From Nitrospirales bacterium (GTDB taxonomy: Bacteria; Nitrospirota; Nitrospiria; Nitrospirales; UBA8639), in assembly GCA_965203295.1 (NCBI GenBank), contig CBDBCZ010000017.1, positions 416,001-480,000 on the forward strand: 64,000 nucleotides of DNA, given 5' to 3'. The position numbers were made by a program, and so were the translations under genes. Of this stretch, positions 1-13,400 are shown one piece after another. Positions within the stretch are counted from its first letter, which is position 1. Each line of letters starts with the position of its first letter. The notes beneath the pieces were generated by a model. The model ran no database searches. It worked only from the letters and a program-made list of their open reading frames with translations, and was not told the origin of the DNA.

Positions 1-97
1 TTTAAACTCCCCTCACCCAAACTGACCTTTAACTATTCCATATAGTTAAGTGTGTGCGAATCACACGCGGTTGTGGTTTGCATGTAGCCCTGCGGCC

Positions 98-495
98 TAG
101 GCTTGAGATAATTATGCTCCAAATCTTTGCAATTATTCTATTCTCCAATTCTTTGATTTTATTGCTATTATGCTCCCAGTTTTCTGCTACTATTGTCATA
201 TTATTCTCAAGTTATAGCTGTTGCTATACTGTAACACTCTAGGAAAGACAACTAGACATTGACATGTTGACACTAATACATCAGCCACCCAATCAGACGT
301 GCTTGACACAACCAAAGACCATCTATTGAGTGCCCAGTCCTCCTGCATTGCTGGCCGGAGGGCAGGGCTGGCTCACTCATCCGGGCGTGCGCCGCATAAA
401 AAAAAACCCTGAGGCTTGCTATACATACTATTCTGGAATTATGCTTTATGCTACAGTCTTGCTATTATTATTCCAGCATAATTGTCTCAAGCCTA
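98..495. mobile_element. Non-autonomous DNA transposon (MITE) with TAG...CTA termini
   Basis: TIR TAGGCTTGAGATAATTATGCT (98-) / AGCATAATTGTCTCAAGCCTA (-495); no coding capacity; TSD not clean. Confidence 0.6.
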
Positions 496-606
496 GCCCT
501 GCCATCGCCTTGGCTGAAGCCTTACTAAAGTGGCGCTGGTTAATTATACGTGACGTCAGAGAGTCTGGTCACGCGAGACTAAAAAGTATGAACCCGTACA
601 TGTACC

Positions 607-928
607 TAGTCTCGTTCCCAGACCCTCCACACAAGCCTCGTCGAAAATTAGGGAAAGGTAGGAAAGGAAGGAGGGTCTGGTAAATGGGCATTGCAGCATG
701 CGCGGCAGAGGACGCGCGTTAAGTAAACAGCCAGCCAAGTGTTGCAGACGCAGCGCATATGGGTTCCCGCAAACATGCAATTAACGCCAATAATTACGTT
801 TTAATTGCTCCGCCAACATTCCGGCGGAGCGGCGTGAAGTAGTAAGCGCATTTACCAGACCCTCTTTCCTTTCCTACCTTTCCCTACTTTTCGACGGGGC
901 TTGTGTGGAGGGTCTGGGAACGAGACTA
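607..928. mobile_element. AcademH-like MITE in intron 1 of receptor copy G0
   Basis: ~80-bp TIRs starting TAGTCTCGTTCCCAGACCCTCC; 9-bp TSD ACATGTACC/ACATATACC (1 mismatch). Confidence 0.75.
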
Positions 929-936
929 ACATATAC

Positions 937-1140
937 CTCGGTTAAATCAACGATTCTGAACACAGCTGGTAGCGACAGTAGTCCCCAGAGAACGACGAGC
1001 ACTACACACAACACCGCTATATCAATACGTTTCCTGTAATTGACTCCGGGTTTTGCCGCCCGTTCTTCGGCAGCTGAAGTGGGCACAGACGCGTTGTAAC
1101 TTGTCAAGGTCTTCAATTCGATTTCTACCGAGCTATCCAT
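937..1140 (-). CDS. Exon 1 of FZ-domain/7TM receptor copy G0 (rest of gene lies left of the window)
   Basis: 204-nt exon MDSSVEIELK...AVLCVVLVVLWGLLSLPAVFRIVDLTE followed by GT donor; paralogous to exon 1 of G1-G4. Confidence 0.8.
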
Positions 1141-2355
1141 GTTCCAAAACGTTTTATAGCGCCAGGCACCACGCCAACCAAATCTCCCCAACTGGGTCAC
1201 TATAAAATATAATTATACTTCCGGAAGTATACATGTATTATATTATCTATGCTATATATAATATTAACTGTCACGTGATGCAATATACCCACATATACAT
1301 GCACTTTCTAGCACTCCACTGAAATTTAATGCTCGTGCACTTGAGATCTGAAGTGTTAAACAGCTGCATGCACTTGGGGACCTTAGGAATATAAATGCAA
1401 ATGTTGCTATCACTGTGTGAAGTTCTTATTAAGAACTTCACACCGTGATAGCAACATTTGCATTTATTTTTTATTTGCATGGTGTCATTATTTTTACAGT
1501 ACATATGTTTTATTAAAAGGGTAGCCATCTATTATTGGACAAGTCTGTGCTGTATTTGTGCAAGTCCGTAGTATGAGCCAAATACAAGCAAGATGATTTC
1601 ACTCACTGTTCTTGGAACTACATGTATAGTGTGCACAATGTAGCATGCTGACAACAGATTCCATTAAAGTATTAATTAATCACAGTCAAATCAATGGTTT
1701 TCGAAAATGTGCTCAGAATCTAAACAGGTGCTCCTTAAATACCATAGAAAATGATGATATAAAACCATGCAATATTTTCTACAGGAATGATAATATAAAG
1801 GGAACCAACATTAAGCAACATCCTTGACAATCCTAACCTGTACAGGAAATCTAATAATAAACTGAAAAGTGTGAAGGGCGCATAGCTATCTGACATTCTA
1901 GAAAACTCTATACAAAACTTAACTAAATAAGGAAACTGAACCACATATGTACAGACATACAGAGAGGAGCACCAGTTAGAATATGATCAATATACACTCA
2001 GTCTATGAGGTAGGTAAGCAATACAACATCCTACCTACTACTGGCATAAATCTAACACATGCACAAAATAATACTAAATAAGAAATTCCTTAGTTTTAGT
2101 TCACTGAAACTAAAAACAGTAAGTGTTTTAGTAGGAGCAAACACAGATTTTATTAGTTTACTTGGGTATAAACTACAAATATTTTTTCACCAACATCAAC
2201 TCATTCACATGTTATGGTTAACTAATACTAATAAAAAGTGTTTAGTAACCCTTTTTCCGTTTATTGTTGGCTAACTAAAACTTAATCTATTAGTAAGCTT
2301 TTGCTCTTTAATAGCCTTGCTACTAAAATTAAATAGAAGCCATACTAAAACAACA

Positions 2356-5300
2356 CTATTGCACATGCACCTGTGTTACTGTGGAGCTATGCTGCATACA
2401 TGCACTACCACACTTACATTGCTTGGATATAAACTGTTTGATCTTAGTAATTTCTACTACATAGATTAGATTAACAACGGGATACAGTGCAAAGACTACT
2501 AAGCCAAGGTTTACTGGCACCTCAGTTTCCAATGTCTGATACCTTCTTTCGCATACTCTTCCACCAGGAGCTTCACATGACAAGTAATCTGATAGTTCTG
2601 TACTGAATATTCTGCCCACAGTACCTAGCGAAGACAATCCTAGAGTACACCCGAGGCATACTGCATAGTAGAGAAACGTGATGAGTATTTTGAGCTCAGC
2701 TGTACTCATCAGAAGAGACGAACGCAGCACTGCTTTAAAACTCTGCAGATGGAGAAAAAAATAATGTATTATTACGCAGCAATCATTATTTGTCTGCCTA
2801 TGAATCAGTGTGCATATTGCACTCCTGTACACCTGAGGTGATAAAATGCATGAGGAAGTATCTAAATAATATTATACATGCTAGAAGTTTGCAGAATATA
2901 GAGCCATAATATGTACATATGTATACATGCAACACTGTGCTCAGAGCCTATTCCCTATTTGGGAAGCTTTGATACAAGAAGGACCGCAAAGCCTTTATAC
3001 CACCACACCTCTGCAGGTGTGGGCTTGCACTTTAAATATTTAACCCTTATGTCTTGAAAAAAGTACTTACCTTTCCACCCTGCTCTTGTCTCTTCTTTCG
3101 AAAGAGTCGTATTATTACCCACAAAATGATGGCAGTGAGGGAGAGACTGATGGCCAGTATAAAACAGGCAGGCCAAACAATGCCATATGTGATAACACTG
3201 GGCTCTGGGTAACACAACACGGGTGGGAACCGCTCAAAAACTCCTCGGTCAAAGGCTACAATTATAGCGCTCCAAGGCAATATCAGAGCCAACAGCAGCA
3301 TTGTCAGGTGGACATACTTGTGGTAGCCTTTAAGTTTATAAGATCTTGCGTGAAATGGAAACAACACTGCCCAAGACACTGACAGAATGTGAAAGCAGAT
3401 GAACATAGCGAGCAGCAGAGGGGTGTAGATGAACATAATGGCTGTGAGCAAGAGCAAGATATATAAACTGATCATGCAAGACATACTAAACATAAACATA
3501 ACAGGTATAATGTTGTATGCAGTGTACTGTTAAACGACACAGAGAAACTGATTGCATGGACACACTGTGGCTCATGCACATTATTAAATTGATGTAACCT
3601 TAATGTAATGGCAAACCTTGAAACTTGCAAAAAGTTGTTGGATTTCGAATACTCTCGCCCAGGTCTCGAAACGGGCAGAAGAGCGCCTTGCGGTCAAAGT
3701 ATCCTACTAATACAGTCAATTCCAGAAGTCCCAATGTGGCAGTGCCGTACACAATGAAGATTGACGGGAACTTTAATCTGAAAATAGTTAGAAACATCTC
3801 AGAATCTTGAACACTGTTCCACATATCCGCCTGCTTAGGGTTACATGTAGGTCTAACCTCTTTCAAGAGTATTTAGCTATAGACACTACAATTAATTTCC
3901 AGCAAAATTACAATCTGCATGTGGATGCTAATTACAATGTTTAATGCTTTCTCATTAAAATTCTAATCTATTATTACGGCAGCAGAGTTGGAGCACTGCA
4001 TGGCAGGAGTATACTCACACATTCTTGTAGTAGATGCAGGAGAGAACCAGGAGCACTGCTGCACCGATAAAGAAAACTGTAGCCATTATGATCACCATCG
4101 CATCAATGGGAATGTAAGTGCCATAGGAGAATGCCTCCCATACTCCACACTCGGGCCTGCATATCCCATTCAGATCCCGGTAGAAGCCATCATTGCACAG
4201 TATTGGCTCTGGAGGACCTGCACTAGTTGTGTTCACTGAAATTAAAAGAGAGTATAAAGAGAGTATATTATACTATATATTAAAAGTATACAACGTGCAT
4301 GGTTGATACACTTGGTGTGCATGCATGTGCTGTGCAAACTAATGTGTCGTGGGAAATAACTAGGCATAATATTTATTATTCACTGACAGCTATGAGCACT
4401 ATTTTTTATGGAAAATCAAGAGTTTTATTTTTACAGGTGGAGTAAAAGCTTTTTTAAGGGAACAAGGTTCTGCTGACTGTTTGCCTTATTGTATGGGTAA
4501 AATAAACCACATGCAGTCAGTCTTCACAAGCAATACTCATGCACGATAACAATTCAATGGCATTCATGCAAGCTCACACATACCAACGCACTCTTCGAAT
4601 TCGTTTAGAGACACATCTGAAAACTCATCACACTGTGGCAGCTGGTTGGAGCCAAAAAGAGCATTAGCAGCAACAAACTCTTCAGCACATATTTCTTCAG
4701 TGACCGCCCTACACTGTTGAGATGAGGGCAGGTAGAGTTCTCTCCTGCGATTATCGCACAAACCAAAAATGGATAAGCACAAGAATGGCGGAGCTATTTC
4801 ATTGCATTCTGAACTTGGATTTAGAAATGGTAGTGCATTTATTGCAGTTTGCGCTACCAGCTCTGATTCCTCTTGGTTTTGATTAGCTGGGATAAATACT
4901 TCGCTGCCACCATCACCAAAAAGACAATTCTGCAATGCTTGCAGAGTAGCTCTACATACATCTCCCGAGTAAACTTCTGGGATGCAGAATGTAGTATTTT
5001 CCTCGTCACCTCTGCTTGGAGTATTGGTGGTATTTGTATTGACAACTTCAACATTTGGATCCTACATAGATTGGAATCAGATCAATTTAGCGAATTCCTT
5101 AGCATCTGCATGCATGCTTTTTGCCTAGTCTCGCGGGCCAGACTTCACTTCACTAGTTCACGAGTTCCTTGGAAGTGAAGTCTGGCCCGTGAGACTAGCT
5201 TTTTACCATAGCTAGAGTAGACAGTTTAATATGTATGGCTGAAGAGTGGAGCATTGGCATGCAGGCTTAATAGTAGACTAAAATTTATATGCTAAGCTGT

Positions 5301-5758
5301 ACTAAAGGCTTGAATAGCCTGGGCCTGGACTTGGGATACAAGCTGTTACAGACAGTACGTTAGCACGGACATTTGTGTAGGGAATGCAGGCACATGCACA
5401 CTCGTGAACTAGTGATTAGCTTACAAATGAAGCACTGTAGCCAGCTCTCAACGGTTAGCCTCCTAGCCCCTAACCAAACCCTAACCCAACCCCAGCCTTA
5501 ATCCTAACCCTAACCTAACCCAAACTCTAAATCAGAGAAGGTATGAACTCGTACCTCGGTTAAATCAACGATTCTGAACACAGCTGGTAGCGACAGTAGT
5601 CCCCAGAGAACGACGAGCACTACACACAACACCGCTATATCAATACGTTTCCTGTAATTGGCTCCGGGTTTTTCCGCCCGTTCTTCGGTAGCTGAAGTGG
5701 TTAGAGACACTTTGTAACTTTCTACGTTCGTCAAGCCGATTTCTACCGAGGTATCCAT
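2356..5758 (-). CDS. Receptor G1: N-terminal TM anchor + Frizzled-type CRD + class-F-like 7TM, 605 aa, 6 exons
   Basis: Exons 5555-5758, 4584-5061, 4019-4235, 3617-3777, 3071-3441, 2356-2742; all GT-AG with matching phases (0,1,2,1,0), total 1818 nt; Cys-rich exon 2 (C..ECNEIAPPFLCLSIFGLC..QQCRAVTEEIC..LPQC) followed by 7 hydrophobic helices. Confidence 0.85.
5126..5197. mobile_element. Hairpin mini-element (AcademH-like) in receptor intron 1; also at ~9791-9862 and split by the BEL insertion in G3
   Basis: TAGTCTCGCGGGCCAGACTTCAC...GTGAAGTCTGGCCCGTGAGACTA; 10-bp TSD GCTTTTTGCC/GCTTTTTACC. Confidence 0.7.
5468..5530 (+). repeat. Degenerate (CCCTAA)n telomere-like tract in intron 1; also ~10133-10195 and ~21310-21378
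   Basis: ccctaaccaaaccctaacccaaccccagccttaatcctaaccctaacctaaccc. Confidence 0.7.
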
Positions 5759-5822
5759 GTTCCAAGCGTTTTATAGCGCCAGGCACCACGCCCACCAAAT
5801 TTCGCTCATTGCATTGGGGCAC

Positions 5823-5857
5823 CAGTCCCGTGCCCAGACGGTCCGGGCACGAGACTA
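5823..5857. mobile_element. 35-bp hairpin AcademH-like remnant just upstream of receptor ATG (also in G2 and G3)
   Basis: CAGTCCCGTGCCCAGACGGTCCGGGCACGAGACTA flanked by TTGGGGCAC/TTGGCGCAC. Confidence 0.55.
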
Positions 5858-7069
5858 TTGGCGCACGAGGGCTTAATAGTTCACTAGACAGTCATTTGAC
5901 GCATATGACGTAACCATGTTCAGCTGTATGATCATGAAATACACAGGAATAAAGTCGCATGCGTGATTGATAGAGTCCCATATTGCCTTCATTTACTTGC
6001 TCACTGGAGATTCATGAAGTTTGTACCCCGTGTGCACCTTTTAGGATGAATAATATACTTGCGTTAGCAATCCACTAAAATTTAATACCCATGCATCTTG
6101 AGATCTGAAATGTTAAAAACAGTAACAGTTGCATGTAGCTGTGGACATTAAGGATCTTGTTATAGTGCTAATATTTAATAATTGAACACCTCACACGTAC
6201 AATCATTATGTTTGCATAATATTGTATTTTTTATTAGCCATGTATGCTATTTAAAATTATTTATTAGTAACTCAGCAGTACACATGCGTATTTCACAATC
6301 AGTCATTCGCATGCTGTGATACGTAGGCGGATAGACTACCACATAACTAGTGTGCCCAATGCAGTGTGCTGACAACAGATTCCAATTAAAGTTTTAATCA
6401 CAGTCAAATCAATTAATGGTCATAGCACAATGTGGCGCTCTTTCGATACCACAGAAAAATAAAGATGATGATTCTAAAAAATTGAATTACAACCAACATT
6501 AAGCAACATCCTCAATAATCCTAACCTGTACAGGAAAATTTAATAATCAACTGATTCAGAAATGTGTGAAAGACACACAACAAAATTTAATGTTCTAGAA
6601 AACTCAGGGCAGGCTGTACAAACTCAACAAAAAAACTACAGTAACTAAACTTAATACAGAAATGCAGGGAGGAGCACCAGACAGAATATTATCAATAATA
6701 CAGTGTGAGGTAAGTAGATAAGCAATACAACATCCTACCTACTATACGCAATCAGTGACAAAACAGGAAATAACCAAAACACCACAGTGATACATTAACC
6801 TAACATGTGCACAAATAGATAAGGAATCTCAATGTTTTAGGTCACTGAAACTAAAAGCAGTAAGTGTTTCAAAACAGATTTTAGTTAACTAACTTATTTG
6901 GGAATAAACTACAACTACTTTTTGCACCAAAACAACTCATTCAGTTACAGTTAACTAATACTAAAAGTGCTAATTCAGTTAGCCATTTTTTTGGTTTAGT
7001 TAGTCAACTTAAACTAAACATAAACTTTTTTTTTTTAAAAGCTAATAAAAGCCATTCTAAAACAACATA

Positions 7070-10000
7070 TTACACCTTCACCCATGTAACAGTAGAGTTT
7101 TGATGCGTACTACCACAGTTACATTGCTTGGATATAAATTGCTTGAACTTAGTAATGTCTACTACATAGATTAGATTGACAACTGGATACAGTGCAAAGA
7201 CTACTAAGCCAAGGTTTACTGGCACCTCAGTTTCCAAACTCTGATATGCTCTTTCACATACTCTTCCACCAGGAGCTTCACATGACAAGTAATTTGTCAG
7301 TTCTCTACCGAATGCCGTGTTCCGAGTAGCTAGTGAAGACAATCCTAGAGTACACCCGAGGCACATTGCATAGTAGATAAACGTGATGAGTATTTTGAGC
7401 TCGGCTGTACTCATCAAAAGAGACGAACGCAGCACTGCTTTAAAACTCTGTAAATGGAAAAATAAAGTAGGTGTAGCAATCATTATTTGTCTGCCTATAA
7501 ATCATGTGTATGTTGCACTCCTGCATGTCTACCTAAATCGATAATTTAAAATGGATGCAATATGCATGAAGAAGTATACATGCTAGAAGATTGTAGAAAA
7601 TATTATAGCCATATGTACATATGTACAACACTGTGCTCAGAACCTATATTCCCTATTCTGAAAGCATTGATACAAGAAGGACATCAATATCACCAGGTGT
7701 GGGCTAACATTTAAAATATTTAACCCTTATGTCTTGAAAAAGTACTTACCTTTCCACCCTGCTCTCGTCTCTTCTTTCGAAAGAGTCGTATTATTACCCA
7801 CAAAATGATGGCTGTGAGGGAGAGACTGATGGCCAGTGTAATACAGGCAGGCCAAATAATGCCATATGTGATAACACTGGGCGCTGGGTAACACAACACG
7901 GGTGGGAACCGCTCAAACCTTCCTCGATCAAAGGCTACAATTATAGCGCTCCATGGCAATATCAGAGCCAACAGCAGCATTGTCAGGTGGACATACTTGT
8001 GGTAACCTTTAAGTTTATAAGATCTTGCGTGAAATGGAAACATCACTGCCCAAAAAACTGACAGAATATGAGAGCAGGTAAACATAGCGAGCAGCAGAAG
8101 GGTGTAGATGAACATAATAGCTGTGAGCAAGAGCAAGATATAATTTGATCAATACAAAATATTAATATTATAGCTTTAATTGCCATGAAAACAGGCTGTA
8201 CAACAAGTATTTTACTATATAACATCGTATGCAGCGTACTGTTAAACGATACTGAGAAACAGATTGGACACACAAGCACATAATAAATTGATGTAACCTT
8301 AATGTAATGGCGAACCTTGAAACTTGCAAAAATTTGTTGGGTTTTCAAAACTCTCAACCAGGTCTCGAAACGGGCAGAAGAGTGCCTTGCGGTCAAAGTA
8401 TCCCACTACCAAAGTTAATTCCAGAAGTCCCAATGTGGCAGTGCCGTACACAATGAAGATTGATGGGAACTTCAATCTGAAAATATAGTTGGAAACATCT
8501 CAGAATCTTGAACACTGTTCCACATATCCGCCTGCTTAGTGTTACATGTAGGCCTAACCCCTTTCAAGAGTATGTTATTTCAAGAGTATAATATGCTATT
8601 TTAGTGTTATTTTCCAGCAAAATTACAATCTGTGGATGCCTAATTAATTATAATTATGCAATTATTACAGCAGCAGAGTTGAATTACTGCATGGCAGAAG
8701 TATACTCACACATTCTTGTAGTGAATGCAGGAGAGAACCAGGAGCACTGCTGCACCGATAAAGAAAACTGTAGCCATTATGATCACCATCGCATCAATGG
8801 GAATGTAAGTGCCATAGGAGAATGCCTCCCATACTCCACACTCGGGCCTGCATATCCCATCCAGATCCCGGTAGAAGCCATCACTGCACAGTATTGGCTC
8901 TGGAAGACCTGCACTAGTTGTGTTCACTGAAATTAAAAGAGAGTATATTATACAATGTGCATGGTTGATACACTTGGTGTACATGCATGTGCTGTGCAAA
9001 CTAATGTGTCGTGGGAAATAACTAGGCATAATATTATTCACTGACAGCTATGAGCACTATTTTTTATGGAAAATCAAGAGTTTTATTTTTACAAGTGGAG
9101 TAAAAGCTTTTTTAAGGGAACAATGTTCTGCTGACTGTTATGCCTTATTGTATGGGTAAAATGAACCACATGCAGTCAGTCTTCACAAGCAATACTCATG
9201 CACGATAACATCCATTCAACTATAGCATTCATGCAAGCTCACACGTACCAACGCACTCTTCGAATTCGTTTAGAGACACATCTGGAAACTCATCACACTG
9301 TGGCAGCTGATTGGAGCCAAAAAGAGCATTAGCAGCAACAAACTCTTCAGCACATATTCCTTCAGTAACCGCCCTACACTGTTGAGATGAGGGCAGGTAG
9401 AGTTCTCTCCTGCGATTATCGCACAAACCAAAAATGGATAAGCACAAGAATGGCGGAGCTATTTCATTGCATTCTGAACTTGGATTTAGAAATGGTAGTG
9501 CATTTATTGCAGTTTGCGCTACCAGCTCTGATTCCTCTTGGTTTTGATTAGCTGGGATAAATACTTCGCTGCCACCATCACCAAAAAGACAATTCTGCAA
9601 TGCTTGCAGAGTAGCTCTACATACATCTCCCGAGTAAACTTCTGGGATGCAGAATGTAGTATTTTCCTCGTCACCTCTGCTTGGAGTATTGGTGGTATTT
9701 GTATTGACAACTTCAATATTTGGATCCTACATAGATTGGAATCAGATCAATTTAGCGAATTCCTTAGCATCTGCATGCATGCTTTTTGCCTAGTCTCGCG
9801 GGCCAGACTTCACTTCACTAGTTCACGAGTTCCTTGGAAGTGAAGTCTGGCCCGTGAGACTAGCTTTTTACCATAGCTAGAGTAGACAGTTTAATATGTA
9901 TGGCTGAAGAGTGGAGCATTGGCATGCAGGCTTAATAGTAGACTAAAATTTATATGCTAAGCTGTACTAAAGGCTTGAATAGCCTGGGCCTGGACTTGGG

Positions 10001-10423
10001 ATACAAGCTGTTACAGACAGTACGTTAGCATGGACATTTGTGTAGGGAATGCAGGCACATGCACACTCGTGAACTAGTGATTAGCTTACAAATGAAGCAC
10101 TGTAGCCAGCTCTCAACGGTTAGCCTCCTAGCCCCTAACCAAACCCTAACCCAACCCCAGCCTTAATCCTAACCCTAACCTAACCCAAACTCTAAATCAG
10201 AGAAGGTATGAACTCGTACCTCGGTTAAATCAACGATTCTGAACACAGCTGGTAGCGACAGTAGTCCCCAGAGAACGACGAGCACTACACACAACACCGC
10301 TATATCAATACGTTTCCTGTAATTGGCTCCGGGTTTTTCCGCCCGTTCTTCGGTAGCTGAAGTGGTCAGAGACACTTTGTAACTTTCTACGTTCGTCAAG
10401 CCGATTTCTACCGAGGTATCCAT
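7070..10423 (-). CDS. Receptor G2 (paralog of G1), 602 aa, 6 exons
   Basis: Exons 10220-10423, 9249-9726, 8710-8926, 8316-8476, 7750-8120, 7070-7447; GT-AG, in frame (1809 nt); offset 4665 bp from G1 in the 5' half. Confidence 0.85.
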
Positions 10424-13400
10424 GTTCCAAGCGTTTTATAGCGCCAGGCACCACGCCCACCAAATTTCGCTCATTGCATTGGGGCACCAGTCCCGTGCCC
10501 AGACGGTCCGGGCACGAGACTATTGGCGCACGAGGGCTTAATAGTTCACTAGACAGTCATTTGACGCATATGACGTAACCATGTTCAGCTGTATGATCAT
10601 GAAATACACAGGAATAAAGTCGCATGCGTGATTGATAGAGTCCCATATTGCCTTCATTTACTTGCTCACTGGAGATTCATGAAGTTTGTACCCCGTGTGC
10701 ACCTTTTAGGATGAATAATATACTTGCGTTAGCAATCCACTAAAATTTAATACCCATGCATCTTGAGATCTGAAATGTTAAAAACAGTAACAGTTGCATG
10801 TAGCTGTGGACATTAAGGATCTTGTTATAGTGCTAATATTTAATAATTGAACACCTCACACGTACAATCATTATGTTTGCATAATATTGTATTTTTTATT
10901 AGCCATGTATGCTATTTAAAATTATTTATTAGTAACTCAGCAGTACACATGCGTATTTCACAATCAGTCATTCGCATGCTGTGATACGTAGGCGGATAGA
11001 CTACCACATAACTAGTGTGCCCAATGCAGTGTGCTGACAACAGATTCCAATTAAAGTCTTAATCACAGTCAAATCAATTAATGGTCATAGCACAATGTGG
11101 CGCTCTTTCGATACCACAGAAAAATAAAGATGATGATTCTAAAAAATTGAATTGCAACCAACATTAAGCAACATCCTCAATAATCCTAACCTGTACAGGA
11201 AAATTTAATAATCAACTGATTCAGAAATGTGTGAAAGACACACAACAAAATTTAATGTTCTAGAAAACTCAGGGCAGGCTGTACAAACTCAACAAAAAAA
11301 CTACAGTAACTAAACTTAATACAGAAATGCAGGGAGGAGCACCAGACAGAATATTATCAATAATACAGTGTGAGGTAAGTAGATAAGCAATACAACATCC
11401 TACCTACTATACGCAATCAGTGACAAAACAGGAAATAACCAAAACACCACAGTGATACATTAACCTAACATGTGCACAAATAGATAAGGAATCTCAATGT
11501 TTTAGGTCACTGAAACTAAAAGCAGTAAGTGTTTCAAAACAGATTTTAGTTAACTAACTTATTTGGGAATAAACTACAACTACTTTTTGCACCAAAACAA
11601 CTCATTCAGTTACGGTTAACGCTAATACTAAAAGTGCTAATTCAGTTAGCCATTTTTTTGGTTTAGTTAGTCAACTTAAACTAAACATAACCTTTTTTTT
11701 AAAAGCTAATAAAAGCCATTCTAAAACAACATATTACACCTTCACCCGTGTTACGGTAGAGTTTTGATGCGTACTACCACAGTTACATTGCTTGGATATA
11801 AATTGCTTGAACTTAGTAATGTCTACTACATAGATTAGATTTACAACTGGATACAGTGCAAAGATTACTAAGCCAAGGTTTACTGGCACCTCAGTTTCCA
11901 AACTCTGATATGCTCTTTCACATACTCTTCCACCAGGAGCTTCGCATGACAAATAATTTGTTAGTTCTCTACCGAATGCCGTGTTCCGAGTAGCTAGAGA
12001 AGACAATCCTAGAGTACACCCGAGGCACATTGCATAGTAGATAAACGTGATGAGTATTTTGAGCTCAGCTGTACTCATCAAAAGAGACGAACGCAGCACT
12101 GCTTTAAAACTCTGTAAATGGAAAAATAAAGTAGGTGTAGCAATCATTATTTGTCTGCCTATGAATCATGTGCATGTTGCACTCCTGTATACCCATGTCT
12201 ACCTAAATCGATAATTAAAAATGGATGCAATATGCATGAAGAAGTATACATGCTAGAAGATTGTAGAAAATATTATAGCCATATGTACATATGTACAACA
12301 CTGTGCTCAGAACCTATATTCCCTATTCTGAAAGCTTTCGTATAAGAAGGAGATTAATATCACCAGGTGTGGGCTAACATTAAATATAAAACACTTATTT
12401 CTTGAAAAAAGTACTTACACTTCCACCCTGCTCTTGTCTCCTCTTTCGAAAGAGTCGTATTATTACCCACAAAATGATGGCAGTGAGGGAGAGACTGATG
12501 GCCAGTGCAATGCAGGCAGGCCAAACAATGCCATATGTGATAACGCTGGGCGCTGGGTAACACAACACGGGTGGGAACCGCTCAAACCTTCCTTGATCAA
12601 AGGCTACAATTATAGCACTCCATGGCAATATCGATCAGAGCCAACAACAGCATTGTCAGGTGGACATACTTGTGGTAACCTTTAAGTTTATAAGATCTTG
12701 CGTGAAATGGAAACATCACTGCCCAAAACACTGACAGAATATGAAAGCAGGTAAACATAGCGAGCAGCAGAAGGGTGTAGACGAACATAATAGCTGTGAG
12801 CAAGAGCAAGATATAATTTTATCACACAAAATATTAATATATAGCTTTAATTGCCATGTAAACAGGCTGTACAACAAGTATTTTACTATATAACATCGTA
12901 TACTGTTAAACGATACTGAGACACACTGTGTCCAATCAAGCACATAATAAATTGATGTAACCTTAATGTAATGGCGAACCTTGAAACTTGCAAAAATTTG
13001 TTGGATTTTGAAAACTCTCAACCAGGTCTCGAAACGGGCATGCAGAAAAACTCCTCGGTCAAAGGCTACAATTATAGCGCTCCAAGGCAATATCAGAGCC
13101 AACAGCAACATTGTCAGGTGGACATACTTGTGGTAGCCTTTAAGTTTATAAGATCTTGCGTGAAATGGAAACAACACTGCCCAAGACACTGACAGAATGT
13201 GAAAGCAGATGAACATAGCGAGCAGCAGAGGGGTGTAGATGAACATAATGGCTGTGAGCAAGAGCAAGATATATAAACTGATCATGCAAGACATACTAAA
13301 CATAAACATAACAGGTATAATGTTGTATGCAGTGTACTGTTAAACGACACAGAGAAACTGATTGCATGGACACACTGTGGCTCATGCACATTATTAAATT

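Noticed and set aside
874..1200. Stand-alone small single-pass membrane proteins (MDSS/MDTS ORFs, five copies)
   Set aside because: Similarity ends exactly at a GT donor that is in phase with the CRD exon, so they are better explained as exon 1 of the receptors
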